From assembly GCA_000002435.2 (NCBI GenBank), contig CM018791.1: a stretch of DNA of 64,000 bases; one strand, given 5' to 3'. Below are positions 15,001-20,516 of this stretch, piece by piece. The notes under the pieces are model-generated. The model made no database searches. It was not told the DNA's origin and saw nothing but the letters and a program-made list of their open reading frames with translations. Numbering within the stretch: the stretch's first letter is position 1; every line of letters begins with the position of its first letter. The DNA comes from Giardia intestinalis. Taxonomy: Eukaryota. The translations under genes were made by a program, and so were the position numbers.

Positions 15001-18000
15001 GCATGACATATCTCTCTTTCAGCAGCAATCTGTCAATTTAACAAAGCTAGCAAAGCATGGAAGCATACAAACACAGGAGACATTAACAAGAACTGCGGAA
15101 AATATCGCGCAATTTGCAGCAACTATTGTCCCAGAAGAAGACTTAGATGAGGAGAAATACAAGGAGTCAACAAAGGCACTCCACGAAGCAGAGAAAAGGC
15201 TTGCAACAATTACGCAAGAACTTACTGATGCTGAAGCGAAGGTGAAGACTCAAAAAGAGAAGCTGAAGAATAGCATAGAGGGAAGTTGCGCTGCTGTCAT
15301 GTACTTTGGAGACTCTAAGCTTGCCAGCTATGTGAAGGCGTTGCTGGCAGACCCGGCCAAATACCGCAACTTTGCTGAATTGCTACATAGAATCCCGGTC
15401 ATTTCTTCTGCAGTGGAGACTGTCAGTATTACTCCATGTGCTGCCTTACCCATTGCTGACTTTTGGAACATTGTTGCAGCTGAGGTTTTCAGCTCATGTG
15501 AGCGCCTCTATTCCCTCTTGGTTGGCTTCGACCAAGAAAGGGATGTGCTGGACCCCATAACCACGATAGATAGCTCTGCATTTAACGGCATTGAGACGAT
15601 CGTCTTCACTTGGTATATGGAAACCATAGAATACAGACGCTTTAAGGACGAATGTGTTGCTCAGTTCAAGCTGGAAGAGCTACGGAATAACCACGTTAAC
15701 CAGCAACACATCGTCTCAACCCTTGCAGCAGAAAATAGATTGCTTCAACAGACCTGCCAAAATACAGATAAAGCACGCAACATCAGCAGTTCTCAGTTGG
15801 ATCTTCTAGAAGCTCAGCTGTGCGACCTTAAGGAGTTGTTCCAAATAGAGAAGGATACCATAGGTATGGTTGTTAAGCACATTCCATCTATGGTCACTGA
15901 GGAGCGGCGGATGCGACAGATGCACAATCTCAGTTATGTTCACGGTGTCATTGTCGCTGCAACCGTGTATTTCGGAATTGGCTTAACCAGCATCTGCATT
16001 GATATTTTATCTAAAGCGAGTGGAACTTGCTCTTCAGAAGAGTGCTGTGCATTTTGTAGCATTCTCGATCTACCCCTCTGTTCGTGCTGCAATTGCTGTC
16101 TATGTTTTTGCGATTGCAAGTATGTGATGTCAGACACGGGTGCTACATTTCTGGTCAAAGCAGATGTTTTTAGTGAGCGTTCCATCTGTCGCCACATGAA
16201 ACGGAAAGACCAAGTTGTATCTCAGATGTTCCTTCTGCTGCGTAGCGAGTTCTCTCGCCAGCGTCTTTTGAAGTACAAGCTGCAGACAGACCAATTTCGC
16301 GTTCTGGAATTTGCGAGTCTCCTTATTCTCCACAAGGTCTTCAAGCGCCCGATCTTTGCTAGTAAGTATGCAATCCGTGATCTACCGCTTCTTGCAGATT
16401 GCATGGGTGCCTTAGATCCGTTTCTTTCCGTCCATACAGTCAGGGTGGCCCAGAATCTTTCTGCGTTTTGCTCTGCATTCCGAAAGGCTCTCCTAGACGT
16501 GCATACAAGAGTTATAGTCTTTGAGATAGCAGACACATGCCCTGCAATCCTGGATATTCTTGTCGCCTTCACGGTAGTTTATCCCTCTAAGGTTGAGACT
16601 GTGAATGAGGACACAACTTATAGCATACAAACTTTCTCCGTAAAGACTCCACGGCCCTTATCTCAGTATCGCTTCATAGTGACATTCGATATTGACGGTG
16701 CCAATCCTTTGGTGTATTGCATTGAGCCTGTAATTGTCAATCCATCTATTTTGCAAATGGATGTGTTAGAATTTCCATGGTATGCCTTGTTACAGAATGC
16801 TAGTATCTCTGCTGGCACCCTTTCTATGCACCGACCTTTTAGCTCCAAGGACGCTGAGGCCTCTATTCTTCTGCATAAGGATACAATACTTCAGCAGATT
16901 ATTTGTCACTACATTAATGGATACCACGACCGAGTTTTGGAGTATAGAACTGCTATTGTGGAGCTTGAAAGTGTAGTGGAGAGACAGCTACAGGTGTGCA
17001 TTGAGCAGTTGCATGAAGTGGAGAGTACCAGCTATACAGCAAAGGCATCAGTAGTCTATACGTGCTACAGGACATACCTTGACCAGGTGGACACACTATC
17101 TGCACTGTCCGATAAAAACAAGGCTATTCTCACAGAGCGGGCAAAGATGGAGAACGACGAACAGAGCAATCTCAATGTTGCCACCAGAATTATTATGGCC
17201 ATGAGCAACTATCTGCTCCGCTTGGCCCTGAGCTACCCTGCTGTACTTTATCCTCTGATATGTATACAATCCAAACCGTTCGCACATGACACAGATTATG
17301 TAGATTGCTCCCTTTTATTTTTACTCGAGATTGCTGATAACTTGTATAGAGCACTTCCACTATCAATCTTTCTCCCTGCCCTCATAATGGTTATAATAGT
17401 TTCTGAAATTACTCGGGGAACATTAACTCTGGATGACTATCAGCTCTTTAGCGCTGTTATGCTATCTGTAGGCAAGATACCCACTATCAACAGGGAAAAT
17501 ATTGATGTCGCCTCTCCATTCGGTCCCTACTATGCCGTTCAGTTTGATTCTTCTGGAAAGATTGTGCTTACATCAAAGGAGGCCTACTGCCTGGCTATGC
17601 TCCGAAAAGCTCATCCAAAAGTAGATTTTTCCATATTCACCACACCACTGGTGGGATCAGGAGAGGAGCCATTGAGTAGTGCACACACTACAAGGAACAA
17701 TCTCATGCTATACATCTTACGACAATACTCCGAAAAGAGCCCCAAACACATACACAATTTTCTTAGGACACTGGGAGAGTCCTTCTATTGCAAAATCATG
17801 GGTCTAGTATGTTATGGAACCGCCGGAGTGCAGACTACCACCAGTTCTAGACTAGCTTGTGCATTCAAGATTAAGCTTCCTGGGCCATCTATTGGACTAA
17901 TAACGAGAGTTGCTCAATCTGCCTCACCGTCCAGGGTCGTGCTTCTGCTCACTGCCAACACCGTACAGACTGCATATGCGCTATGGGCAACAGGCTTGTT

Positions 18001-19198
18001 TACTATGTCAGCTTCTGTGCTAGATGCAAGTACCCCCCAGGGGGCAGGATTGATTCTGTACCCATGTGTCCCGATACATGCTTTATCACGGCTTACAAAG
18101 GGATCTGTTGGAGTAGCTGATATTAGTTTGGGAATAACGACAATCTCGGACATATGTTGTCTGCTATCGCAATTGTCCGCGTTAAGCACAGCGCATCAAG
18201 CAGATAACCTATTAGTATGGTCTGATCGTCCGTTGGGGCTTCGTGCGCTGGTGGCCGCCATCACCGTGCCTCTGAGAATGCGCAAGAGGAGTTCATGGCT
18301 CTTGTCTCCATTGACACAGGTAGTGTGTACGGTTCATACCGACCAAGATCGCTTGATGGAGAGGCTTATAGTTGCTTCTATAGCAATATGCATGCGCTAC
18401 CCCCTTCTATTTAATAAGCTGTCGTTTTTCTTCAACCGTTCTGAAGCTATTCTCTCTTCAAACCAGTGGTATTTTCAATTAGTTCGAGCACGCTGCAATC
18501 ACGTGGTTACAAACATGAAGCAAATACAAAAACTCTGTATTAATGAAACAAACACACTAGAATGCATTGTGAGGTTTGCGCATGGGTTCTCATCAATTAT
18601 AGAAAAGGCAAGCCTGCATTCTTTCGTCTATGCTTTTGACAAGCTGACCCTAGGGCTACATGATGATGCTTATAGGCAACCCCTTGCCTCTCTCTTTACT
18701 TTCATGACCTTGCTACTGTTGCAGTTAAGCCCGAATAGTGATGAAGATGGTTTTGTTTCTGCTTCTGAAATGGAGCAATCAGTGACGTGTACTGGGCAAA
18801 GCCTTTCTGCCCCGATTCTGGATATGGCAATATTAAGCTCTAACGATGCTCTGATTAGTGATTCTGTTGGTGGAACAACCTCCGATGCCTACTCTTCTCG
18901 AGACGACTTTGCCACTTACTCTGATAGAATAATTCGATGTATGCTAACATTCACTACCCTTCCAGATGCGCGACTACTTACATCCTCAGTCCATCAGTTG
19001 CGCCAATCCCCTGTTCAAGCATCAACCCTGGCACATTCTCTCCTGGAGGAACTAGTTGCTTCATCACAACAAGATCAGCAGACTTCTCCAGAGAAACGTC
19101 TAGTTACACCTGTGCAGGCTCAAAACTGCGGTGTATACCTCTTACAAGACGATTGCGTGGTAGCTCCTCTGAATGAGAAAAACGCTGCCGATGCATAG
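2..19198 (+). CDS. Giant hypothetical protein, paralogue A (5'-partial; more than 6,390 codons inside the window)
   Basis: The track gives ORF 26..19198, but its first codon is TTG and the same frame is open back to nt 2 with no stop. The gene therefore starts upstream of the window. An uninterrupted reading frame of about 19 kb cannot occur by chance at ~50% GC. It has internal coiled-coil stretches and one predicted TM helix followed by a poly-Cys motif (nt ~15938-16125). I saw no P-loop or AAA motifs, so dynein and midasin are not supported. It is collinear with, and similar to, the ORF at 58080..64000. Confidence 0.8.
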   Translation, partial: QFEITLKPLAAPKEQDTLCTYTPIQQLPLTPSRNKPTRTIDLVSLLGITTHTELINVFLECIDHFTLKDRFAMAVRYLSSEILHRKVQNHQYLSIFTTSIIAALLELRLPHTSRASYTIDCVTDYREAQIRLDKVRFKCNADRLQALQNLAHEKELLYKKLCLTFQTKNLTTSSAVELCSIGIKSAQPILNHIRTSKLTLHLESLDPPAFNFQQTMADAVMDYLANAQTTDLQIQLIQEASINTSSPIHWCHTYLASFLWNTSKYYLTAQNTSIVNYMAQTAADRRLMMERGIAALSNISYLSADRAMFLLFRQLTATIEDYIGYLTLTPDLLLVTGIPFYPKVSPDILGSIVFTEDSEQREKRLVTENGVSLDPDQKVVMFDGYSLKKRLGYRFFPEVQMAANNTAHGHSVPLTNIINDTPARSLFIRIEKGINFMQKLDFYLTNSFILLFEILIPYIQETLLSNYDQKMQRSLEKMIKMEKINSKRQKLPDETIEKLAIQAQSSLKHGYVELEKQIEVYIYRLFNKVFEDTVFPLWLGLIHSLLHSIDVPEKCDRYALHSGTSAMSEEVASIQQHHEHCSADATTLDALTKNMKGSTGSGIDESTLRATDLCTERTASFLQMPESVELDSDSAPSSVLVSGMNVDADNLLLSHVSAMRGCNLSSSLQSGPLVLTKLFTPEIANFFLQLQEKFANIKQKYQQVSSILFTTPYTRPIFESLDLDLNYFQADMAQNSLDTAKESIEHILNVLSTLVIHVIFETNSYGLISNIAFDPSSDSIYSGLLCFIFDLVDFYSATPTLVNVLLNRRVNAQVDIVDLIADSAGMGVKRPHVRGGREHAVSEAIQGPTYLYDNEPALDNDQLVSRSVIGMNTTLLRPLVSPDTKDMSANSYLDVAKDVVDSFVIENWNIFKRESVYSEYIKMFFDLDITSCTQSYQLHSSQPPCASKNPKKAPVHAQNASAIDPFETADLKIPHAITKRKRQLSRVTSRLRNDPPASGLKLMSVAKLALTNMSIYLKSLQNDFSTFYHANLLALRDLFNEAYLFPREVYTGSKTMLSLYSLFRSKLKALRKNHTKQINGRLAKELGLSTDVKDDVESRKIPIEDMVASAEVVVSETGAVSHPSIDSSHFYLDETSCRDYFLPIHHPIASYLQGDMMDKFLFTTEPAEHSSRKYEEELRKSVAANRTGACHARNLIFDELLLFTGYLRQPAVVTALCQFYIPGDKPPELLSKHIIDITNTSSIITRILSNIYGLSESYYAVTALPPVCFYGTIKIDYSNYLATVARQAHELYVLYLNRLDDYCRLIHECGVTCIEYITKNLMNTHFDSAASLGAVYFIFKNFATFYPKWRDYYAWFNDVSVCLGNMIIDGRRAALLNEKLLYYRTQGSLMLMKTFKSMENRSQSISQCYQKLISQLTLIDNWVLSTQDALFQRIREYIRLNTQAIALCDEAPAKFAQQYETFTRNFVFPRAVRNLHDKGDLLDITAVLKSIDSATCLPFLSSLSDCLRRREPSILQLFHRDTDASGIPIFRSVDFPAAFTECEDIAHHLILLCEALIRTRKDALALNMYPYNDKTLFPTDKAILDAITEDRNLSAIDAVIFYDKDVDTAKTRTARRDYFLKQLLDPGESLKLSSSTVDAILHPSTQQGPVLTRLRNLLPLLFLINKLVALYFDFLSNFEQWMNCTIGRLSLSDVKNFVVQVVITATIILETLRDSVPISELARTLLQFITKKRSQLQLFFILKSSLYKINFIQSPNAARNVCLSSFEAMEVVTNRLLLLSDLEPLRTNELGQLLGIIQANIDEFLCIDPRDLHVVDFYVRDLLKYNRSKYSDETKVKIFLEIVSNHECSIMRSYRIGLHRIRAERFQYIQSSLIQRALANKENRVNPDERLEFPCHFLVSRTGGFVLETTVLQPQVLEVVSKYASTSDQGTTQTAEKLPAASRKALYSFHSEELSGKLQDLTKVSMSDTLDASLEMYEEGRDTDSAKTVEPDEKLTMTAALAQKEGIVIRGPIRNAAINASQCFSTGIFYEACTFGYLAYQYFGLFVLDQDEKDNKQPNVDLGKSSRKCGNNIAAETRRYNSSLDRIKLLGSDEPVIYSRVSADYSPLNSVYLKQNYPSFLDKSHFLSLCYHADFTLVGDKRGKLLFLEKKLTIKVPRKLFELDSQLQYDLLGLQGPLSHTTEQRPAAPTCMALKRLTIIPDINLHIFTILCAVLQNYVTFDSLASHLFDLDAIHQLVSLQWRVYLLMSRCIFIISYVRAHANKLFYYVDMQTICLQARGLPVLVPAVHTRAVTHKFLTLLYKTQTLLSTAQSNGATMSNIASRKVLRDTIFAQIKDLIEFEGEIVAANMPFLQHSGTLRDSANFPDSYMLSRQFLVSSFIESIIYDNFYSPVICSADKLTECKGAVVCSLPARVITACSTVLSNFGFHRMQFVIYKIVSLTNSRSFYIFAGVLFGMDLHEASGRQQEYLRFCMPILLDRLPHCFTILTYSMLQTTISASLSWYVQYYSDILANDALNCDIALCILRSIPLATGVLAILRLFHVLVSDSTKPGVNSLEKLKTLRSALATLTYVLSILLRYQIITVPSTYMSLVHRSVCISIDKYLDPSTSVCCHTHFTIDFEALEEQFPYNHQRHDMPITKAVTFEQHAPTEDSYTIPCFDMLHGSLSKDFKREAQKDYMAALLHYNKHHIKHATILGPCTVLPFSYLYIKDTSPLEVQISSILQETFTSVRYRLFRDILISLSNTLSDIIEDCVETPPVLTLPPSEKQIQPPDTASPTVNPYVSHGFVTSIFVSGGDESLFRLLDDFNIFAFQLLGDYLHTYNRDFITSMRFFQTRASFLGTQQAFTPMRVYSGVTPVCAYKGHVFLDASFPDGMFAEFSTLPIYSEILDKLLFYKLLFIVSPINDGPACNSPLKSFFSAYVPLITGHPVVFDQPCLVDEFSIESMTDKEATYFRSLLCMLVLGAIIVITSEVATRHNWATYMRLHEERVRQDLPGSLVFILPGLVKTYHEHNIEEPMYVLAEKALSILALYGLGQESNHLIRYRDGFVGTDKVQQYVHDTDLSIKIERLAAKFSQLSVGSQSLSNAMLRSVFSNTPNVLSAAPLPYLLRNYLLLIAGTLDDSEARMVLTAVFVSTFGTSLLDKDESGQDAMAFLTELTERYAASSYYFLDSDMKEVPASANPPMTYTVPFALMFSYAFSSLQYIRASHTELRFFSEPACLTESEKRLNQEFHLSTSNMRLCGLLSEFYLQFFGRDILATFPFSTTGFYFLFNLVYIILLILTQSVSIGPIGLHVIDLPLCNTLYGMVTAAIRYLVSDIIIMELRFQNQCRFASKRLNIADPVEGEESSISHPSFVEVTDVSQITDVATGRVTYRPYTIYFMALKVINPTQDTTMLYEILLSAPRPSTTAIVIMSPCLRLLQSFTGYHLHSQHSLLNPKLLLQYQTREIRYYHTFKLSSISTSESTDVSYSQFEDLITSFSITQLQRLMQMKAMRFFIQLSPLVLAFCADACLLTEPRDYYAAYCNFVYLCSKYCIITVVPVIQNGFETASLYGRWETSDPCSNSISDLERLLGSRMKGKEQATPQATVYEAQTSTKDFEQLASSIVGSAVTTFPGAMSTCDSAIDKCMATSFMHHTAQGSVTEQGHADIKRPKENNVFELFNISQNKLLCTMPIPHDSVRQCLIFSQLEIRCNPAFFTCFTYCNQNYSELVAKLALIIFGLAFSACKLKTIVPAGSNSEVFRRMSAFLASSLNIDDLYSDSQDVLFDFHEQAYKQCREALLMDGPQTAYSVFLSRYFLSTNDEESLTDTNEAYSTAYNETHGAISVDRYVYVRILNSMLPTAQTIAAKGDAFLYSLLLPSFSMEPMTYEGLRLVEETISRFSDGDFDTLLTLLNFSTVYLHFTPALYPKRYILHQGTTKRPSSTLYSPVGVQEDRPGPFNEIVDVGYLTAYPISSYDAELRMLALSIVAAMFCKIPVVLFSVFSPIFNQSALRAATALFEEDTSVLIQDDKYRENMQLQTSADEHIKFGTFSYNTYLIHSVCTDADLIQLLARLRSMCQFVSCNSQTYLVSPCRLIVLIRAHASFLYYPTLLTLLGQKVQMIDNTGVMQLVTLRNILFLVDVAHGPPKDMLRIYQVSHLYTVRTDVSLPRTRRDRLCTQGKHYGHYLLAKIFGFRAVSRQLENFLLDRNFMYTERISASISTIWLMEQYYGVSRSNDHTLNDTISAIIYNSIEQAATQYHEQYPEIYSALYGATTKQRLMLKLADAPAASSTLEALTCRQLLTHTPGQGVLLKQLIDAFNINLLKILINRSLYSHFMNEYAERVGGRKNRKSRQHTTARQASAISRKSGASRSCCGSRASSLTVLEETIEEGTFFTPTIDLSYYQSVKSKRLEDKSDGPSSKNSDSFDTTSTSAAAISPRDQRASDIKSSQVPSLSVKWLKPPMVQQNPEVDEHTESAVKLPAVVSSLLNKDVGTKYLAKLSSLTGQDYFGVHTMELRNILAEAHLSPMHIPTTLFVPSGLLSYADFILLAKSLPGVLDALPIDSRVHPVDKDSILLVDIAAACGLTDRALPPVLQTMSVTDRFLTALRAATCAAMGMPPSAAYPRIFERFKKQAFSGIGSSLESPLYLPSGRLSDTTIMPQHILSTHPLLAIPRWHFHINIQTQTLIQYKTSMRTRTEFHPEYVPYNKYPHQFNTVILAIPLSLAVSCNLLTMVANFLYPGSGENSWINREDQSDFLSDFSSISKLGLVTTRTYLCFVSCTMQVIIFDNYCLQAAVRKDILAILPPHLDVVHFHAGLSMHKDIASITQSPLMQHRLSIPILALPPTATITTQQKTVEISEQLAEMRVYIVAYYLYDTLVTQFSSFSIPFSNSVESSGELDTEHANMDVNQRTLTAYSAQRSTKDSTLHSDESSNYVDSEIRSLRLPSLLSCPSSARSKRSVHNDFQDKYKHAATVSGIHARSIKSISKFIPYSNINDFILIVRHVYRNLRSYYASKLHDISLFQQQSVNLTKLAKHGSIQTQETLTRTAENIAQFAATIVPEEDLDEEKYKESTKALHEAEKRLATITQELTDAEAKVKTQKEKLKNSIEGSCAAVMYFGDSKLASYVKALLADPAKYRNFAELLHRIPVISSAVETVSITPCAALPIADFWNIVAAEVFSSCERLYSLLVGFDQERDVLDPITTIDSSAFNGIETIVFTWYMETIEYRRFKDECVAQFKLEELRNNHVNQQHIVSTLAAENRLLQQTCQNTDKARNISSSQLDLLEAQLCDLKELFQIEKDTIGMVVKHIPSMVTEERRMRQMHNLSYVHGVIVAATVYFGIGLTSICIDILSKASGTCSSEECCAFCSILDLPLCSCCNCCLCFCDCKYVMSDTGATFLVKADVFSERSICRHMKRKDQVVSQMFLLLRSEFSRQRLLKYKLQTDQFRVLEFASLLILHKVFKRPIFASKYAIRDLPLLADCMGALDPFLSVHTVRVAQNLSAFCSAFRKALLDVHTRVIVFEIADTCPAILDILVAFTVVYPSKVETVNEDTTYSIQTFSVKTPRPLSQYRFIVTFDIDGANPLVYCIEPVIVNPSILQMDVLEFPWYALLQNASISAGTLSMHRPFSSKDAEASILLHKDTILQQIICHYINGYHDRVLEYRTAIVELESVVERQLQVCIEQLHEVESTSYTAKASVVYTCYRTYLDQVDTLSALSDKNKAILTERAKMENDEQSNLNVATRIIMAMSNYLLRLALSYPAVLYPLICIQSKPFAHDTDYVDCSLLFLLEIADNLYRALPLSIFLPALIMVIIVSEITRGTLTLDDYQLFSAVMLSVGKIPTINRENIDVASPFGPYYAVQFDSSGKIVLTSKEAYCLAMLRKAHPKVDFSIFTTPLVGSGEEPLSSAHTTRNNLMLYILRQYSEKSPKHIHNFLRTLGESFYCKIMGLVCYGTAGVQTTTSSRLACAFKIKLPGPSIGLITRVAQSASPSRVVLLLTANTVQTAYALWATGLFTMSASVLDASTPQGAGLILYPCVPIHALSRLTKGSVGVADISLGITTISDICCLLSQLSALSTAHQADNLLVWSDRPLGLRALVAAITVPLRMRKRSSWLLSPLTQVVCTVHTDQDRLMERLIVASIAICMRYPLLFNKLSFFFNRSEAILSSNQWYFQLVRARCNHVVTNMKQIQKLCINETNTLECIVRFAHGFSSIIEKASLHSFVYAFDKLTLGLHDDAYRQPLASLFTFMTLLLLQLSPNSDEDGFVSASEMEQSVTCTGQSLSAPILDMAILSSNDALISDSVGGTTSDAYSSRDDFATYSDRIIRCMLTFTTLPDARLLTSSVHQLRQSPVQASTLAHSLLEELVASSQQDQQTSPEKRLVTPVQAQNCGVYLLQDDCVVAPLNEKNAADA

Positions 19199-19754
19199 TA
19201 TGCACGCGCTTCTCAGAGTCTTCGATAGTATAAGCGAAGGCGGGCCTTCTTTATACAGAGAGTTCATCGACGCCACATCGCGTCAATTCTCAGAGAGCAG
19301 CCTTCCTGGAAGCGGGTCCCCGATCGTCGGAGCACCTTCATCTGGCTCCCACGAGCCCTACCGAAAACCAGTAACCCCAACAACACCATCTATCGGTATA
19401 AACACGGAATCGTCCAGTCCGCCCAAATGGAACCCTCTTCTTAGATGTGTCGCACCTCTGAGATTGCCGCGTCCACCCAAGCCTTGGCACCGAGGAACGT
19501 GGAGCGGCATGTGTACCGGTGACACAGGAATCTTGGCTATAGACCTTTTCAGCAGTCCGCAGGAGGTGGATCCTAGCTCTCTTGCCTTTGTTGTCGCCTC
19601 AGAAATGGCGGTGTATGATACCGTCTGCCTACTGATCCACGTCAGAAACAAGGGGATCTGCCACTTCGTTCCGCGGGGATGCACCGTCGGCGTGTGCGCA
19701 TCGATGGAGGAGGCAGAGACATTTCTGCGCTGCCTCTTTGGGGCTGTTGAGTGA
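19191..19754 (+). CDS. Hypothetical small protein (start ambiguous: 19173, 19191 or 19200)
   Basis: Track ORF 19173..19754 (193 aa). Its first ATGs overlap the stop codon of the giant ORF (ATGCATAGTATG). The middle is Pro/Ser-rich and low-complexity. The C-terminal ~80 aa (ILAIDLFSS...VVASEMAVYDTVCLLIHVRNKG...) look like a small alpha/beta domain. I recognise no family. Confidence 0.3.
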   Translation: MHSMHALLRVFDSISEGGPSLYREFIDATSRQFSESSLPGSGSPIVGAPSSGSHEPYRKPVTPTTPSIGINTESSSPPKWNPLLRCVAPLRLPRPPKPWHRGTWSGMCTGDTGILAIDLFSSPQEVDPSSLAFVVASEMAVYDTVCLLIHVRNKGICHFVPRGCTVGVCASMEEAETFLRCLFGAVE

Positions 19755-19879
19755 AGGGTCAGACGAAAGGCGGTTTCTTCCTCACGTTGGGCTCAGCGGT
19801 AGCTGATTTATCTCTCTTCATCTACGAACCCCTTTTCTGTGAGCTGCAAAGTGAATTTAAAATACAATCTATTTTTAAA

Positions 19880-19922
19880 GTATCTTTTCATCACATTATG
19901 GCGTAATACATTTCCTCGCCAG
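19880..19922 (+). promoter_or_regulatory. AT-rich initiator-like region immediately upstream of the proposed ATG of the Rpb7/Rpc25-like gene
   Basis: The sequence reads atttaaaatacaatctatttttaaagtatcttttcatcacattatggcgtaatac. Giardia promoters are short AT-rich elements within about 50 bp of the start codon (established knowledge). The functional call is an inference. Confidence 0.4.
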
Positions 19923-20495
19923 ATGCTCTTCCACATTGAGGCCACGGAGACGGTCCAGCTTCGCCCGTGCGACTTCCACGAGCACTACGCTACGGCAGTT
20001 ATTGCACTGATGAAGGAACAGCTTTTTAATGGGGTGTCTCACACGTTTGGAAAAGTCCTTCAAGTCATAATACACCCAGACTTGATCCCAAAAACGCCTC
20101 TCCTGCAGCCCCATACTGGTGTAGCGACATTCCAGGTGGCATACAAAGCTATAATAGAGCGTCCAATGCGTAATGAGCGAGCTGTGGCATATGTTGAGAG
20201 TATCGAGCGGAGCAATGATAACTTCTTTATACTGAAACTTCTGTTGGGCTCATATATTCTCGAAACTACGCTCTTAGACAAGCTGTACCGAGAAACATCA
20301 ATAGGGGGGCTGGAGCTGGTCGAAGAAAACTACAGCCCGAAGGAAGACAACGCCTTTCGTCTTGAGAAGATAAGCCAAGGGGACTTTGTGCGCATTATAG
20401 TCACCTCCTCAGACTCCTGTCAACTAATGGACGCCGCCCAAGAGGACGACGTCGAGTCGGACGACGAGGATAAGGGATACTATGGCGACGATTAA
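19923..20495 (+). CDS. DNA-directed RNA polymerase subunit of the Rpb7/Rpc25 (RNP + S1-like) family, Rpc25-like, with an acidic C-terminal tail
   Basis: Track ORF 19839..20495. The internal ATG at 19923 gives MLFHIEATETVQLRPCDFHEHYATAVIALMKEQL...GKVLQVIIHPDL...LQPHTGVATFQVAYKAIIERPMRNE. This aligns by eye with the yeast Rpb7 N-terminus (MFFIKDLSLNITLHPSFFG...GYILCVLDYDNI...[24 protein letters not shown]) and with Rpc25 (PPDQFH...AITHQL...[22 protein letters not shown]). There is an AT-rich initiator-like sequence just upstream of 19923. The tail is acidic: DDVESDDEDKGYYGDD. Confidence 0.6.
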   Translation: MLFHIEATETVQLRPCDFHEHYATAVIALMKEQLFNGVSHTFGKVLQVIIHPDLIPKTPLLQPHTGVATFQVAYKAIIERPMRNERAVAYVESIERSNDNFFILKLLLGSYILETTLLDKLYRETSIGGLELVEENYSPKEDNAFRLEKISQGDFVRIIVTSSDSCQLMDAAQEDDVESDDEDKGYYGDD

Positions 20496-20516
20496 AGCTC
20501 AATAAATTGAAAGATC

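Noticed and set aside
347-18189. More than 40 short ORFs (60-120 aa) antisense to or out of frame with the giant ORF A. Examples are 347..562 -, 1681..1989 -, 7721..8080 -, 10660..10995 -, 16222..16572 - and 17914..18189 -.
   Set aside because: All lie nested inside one uninterrupted 19 kb frame. They show no motifs and are at the expected background size for random ORFs.
2-19198. Possibility that the giant protein is a dynein heavy chain or midasin
   Set aside because: I found no Walker-A / AAA motifs (GPxGxGKT or GPTSSGKT type) on reading through the translation.
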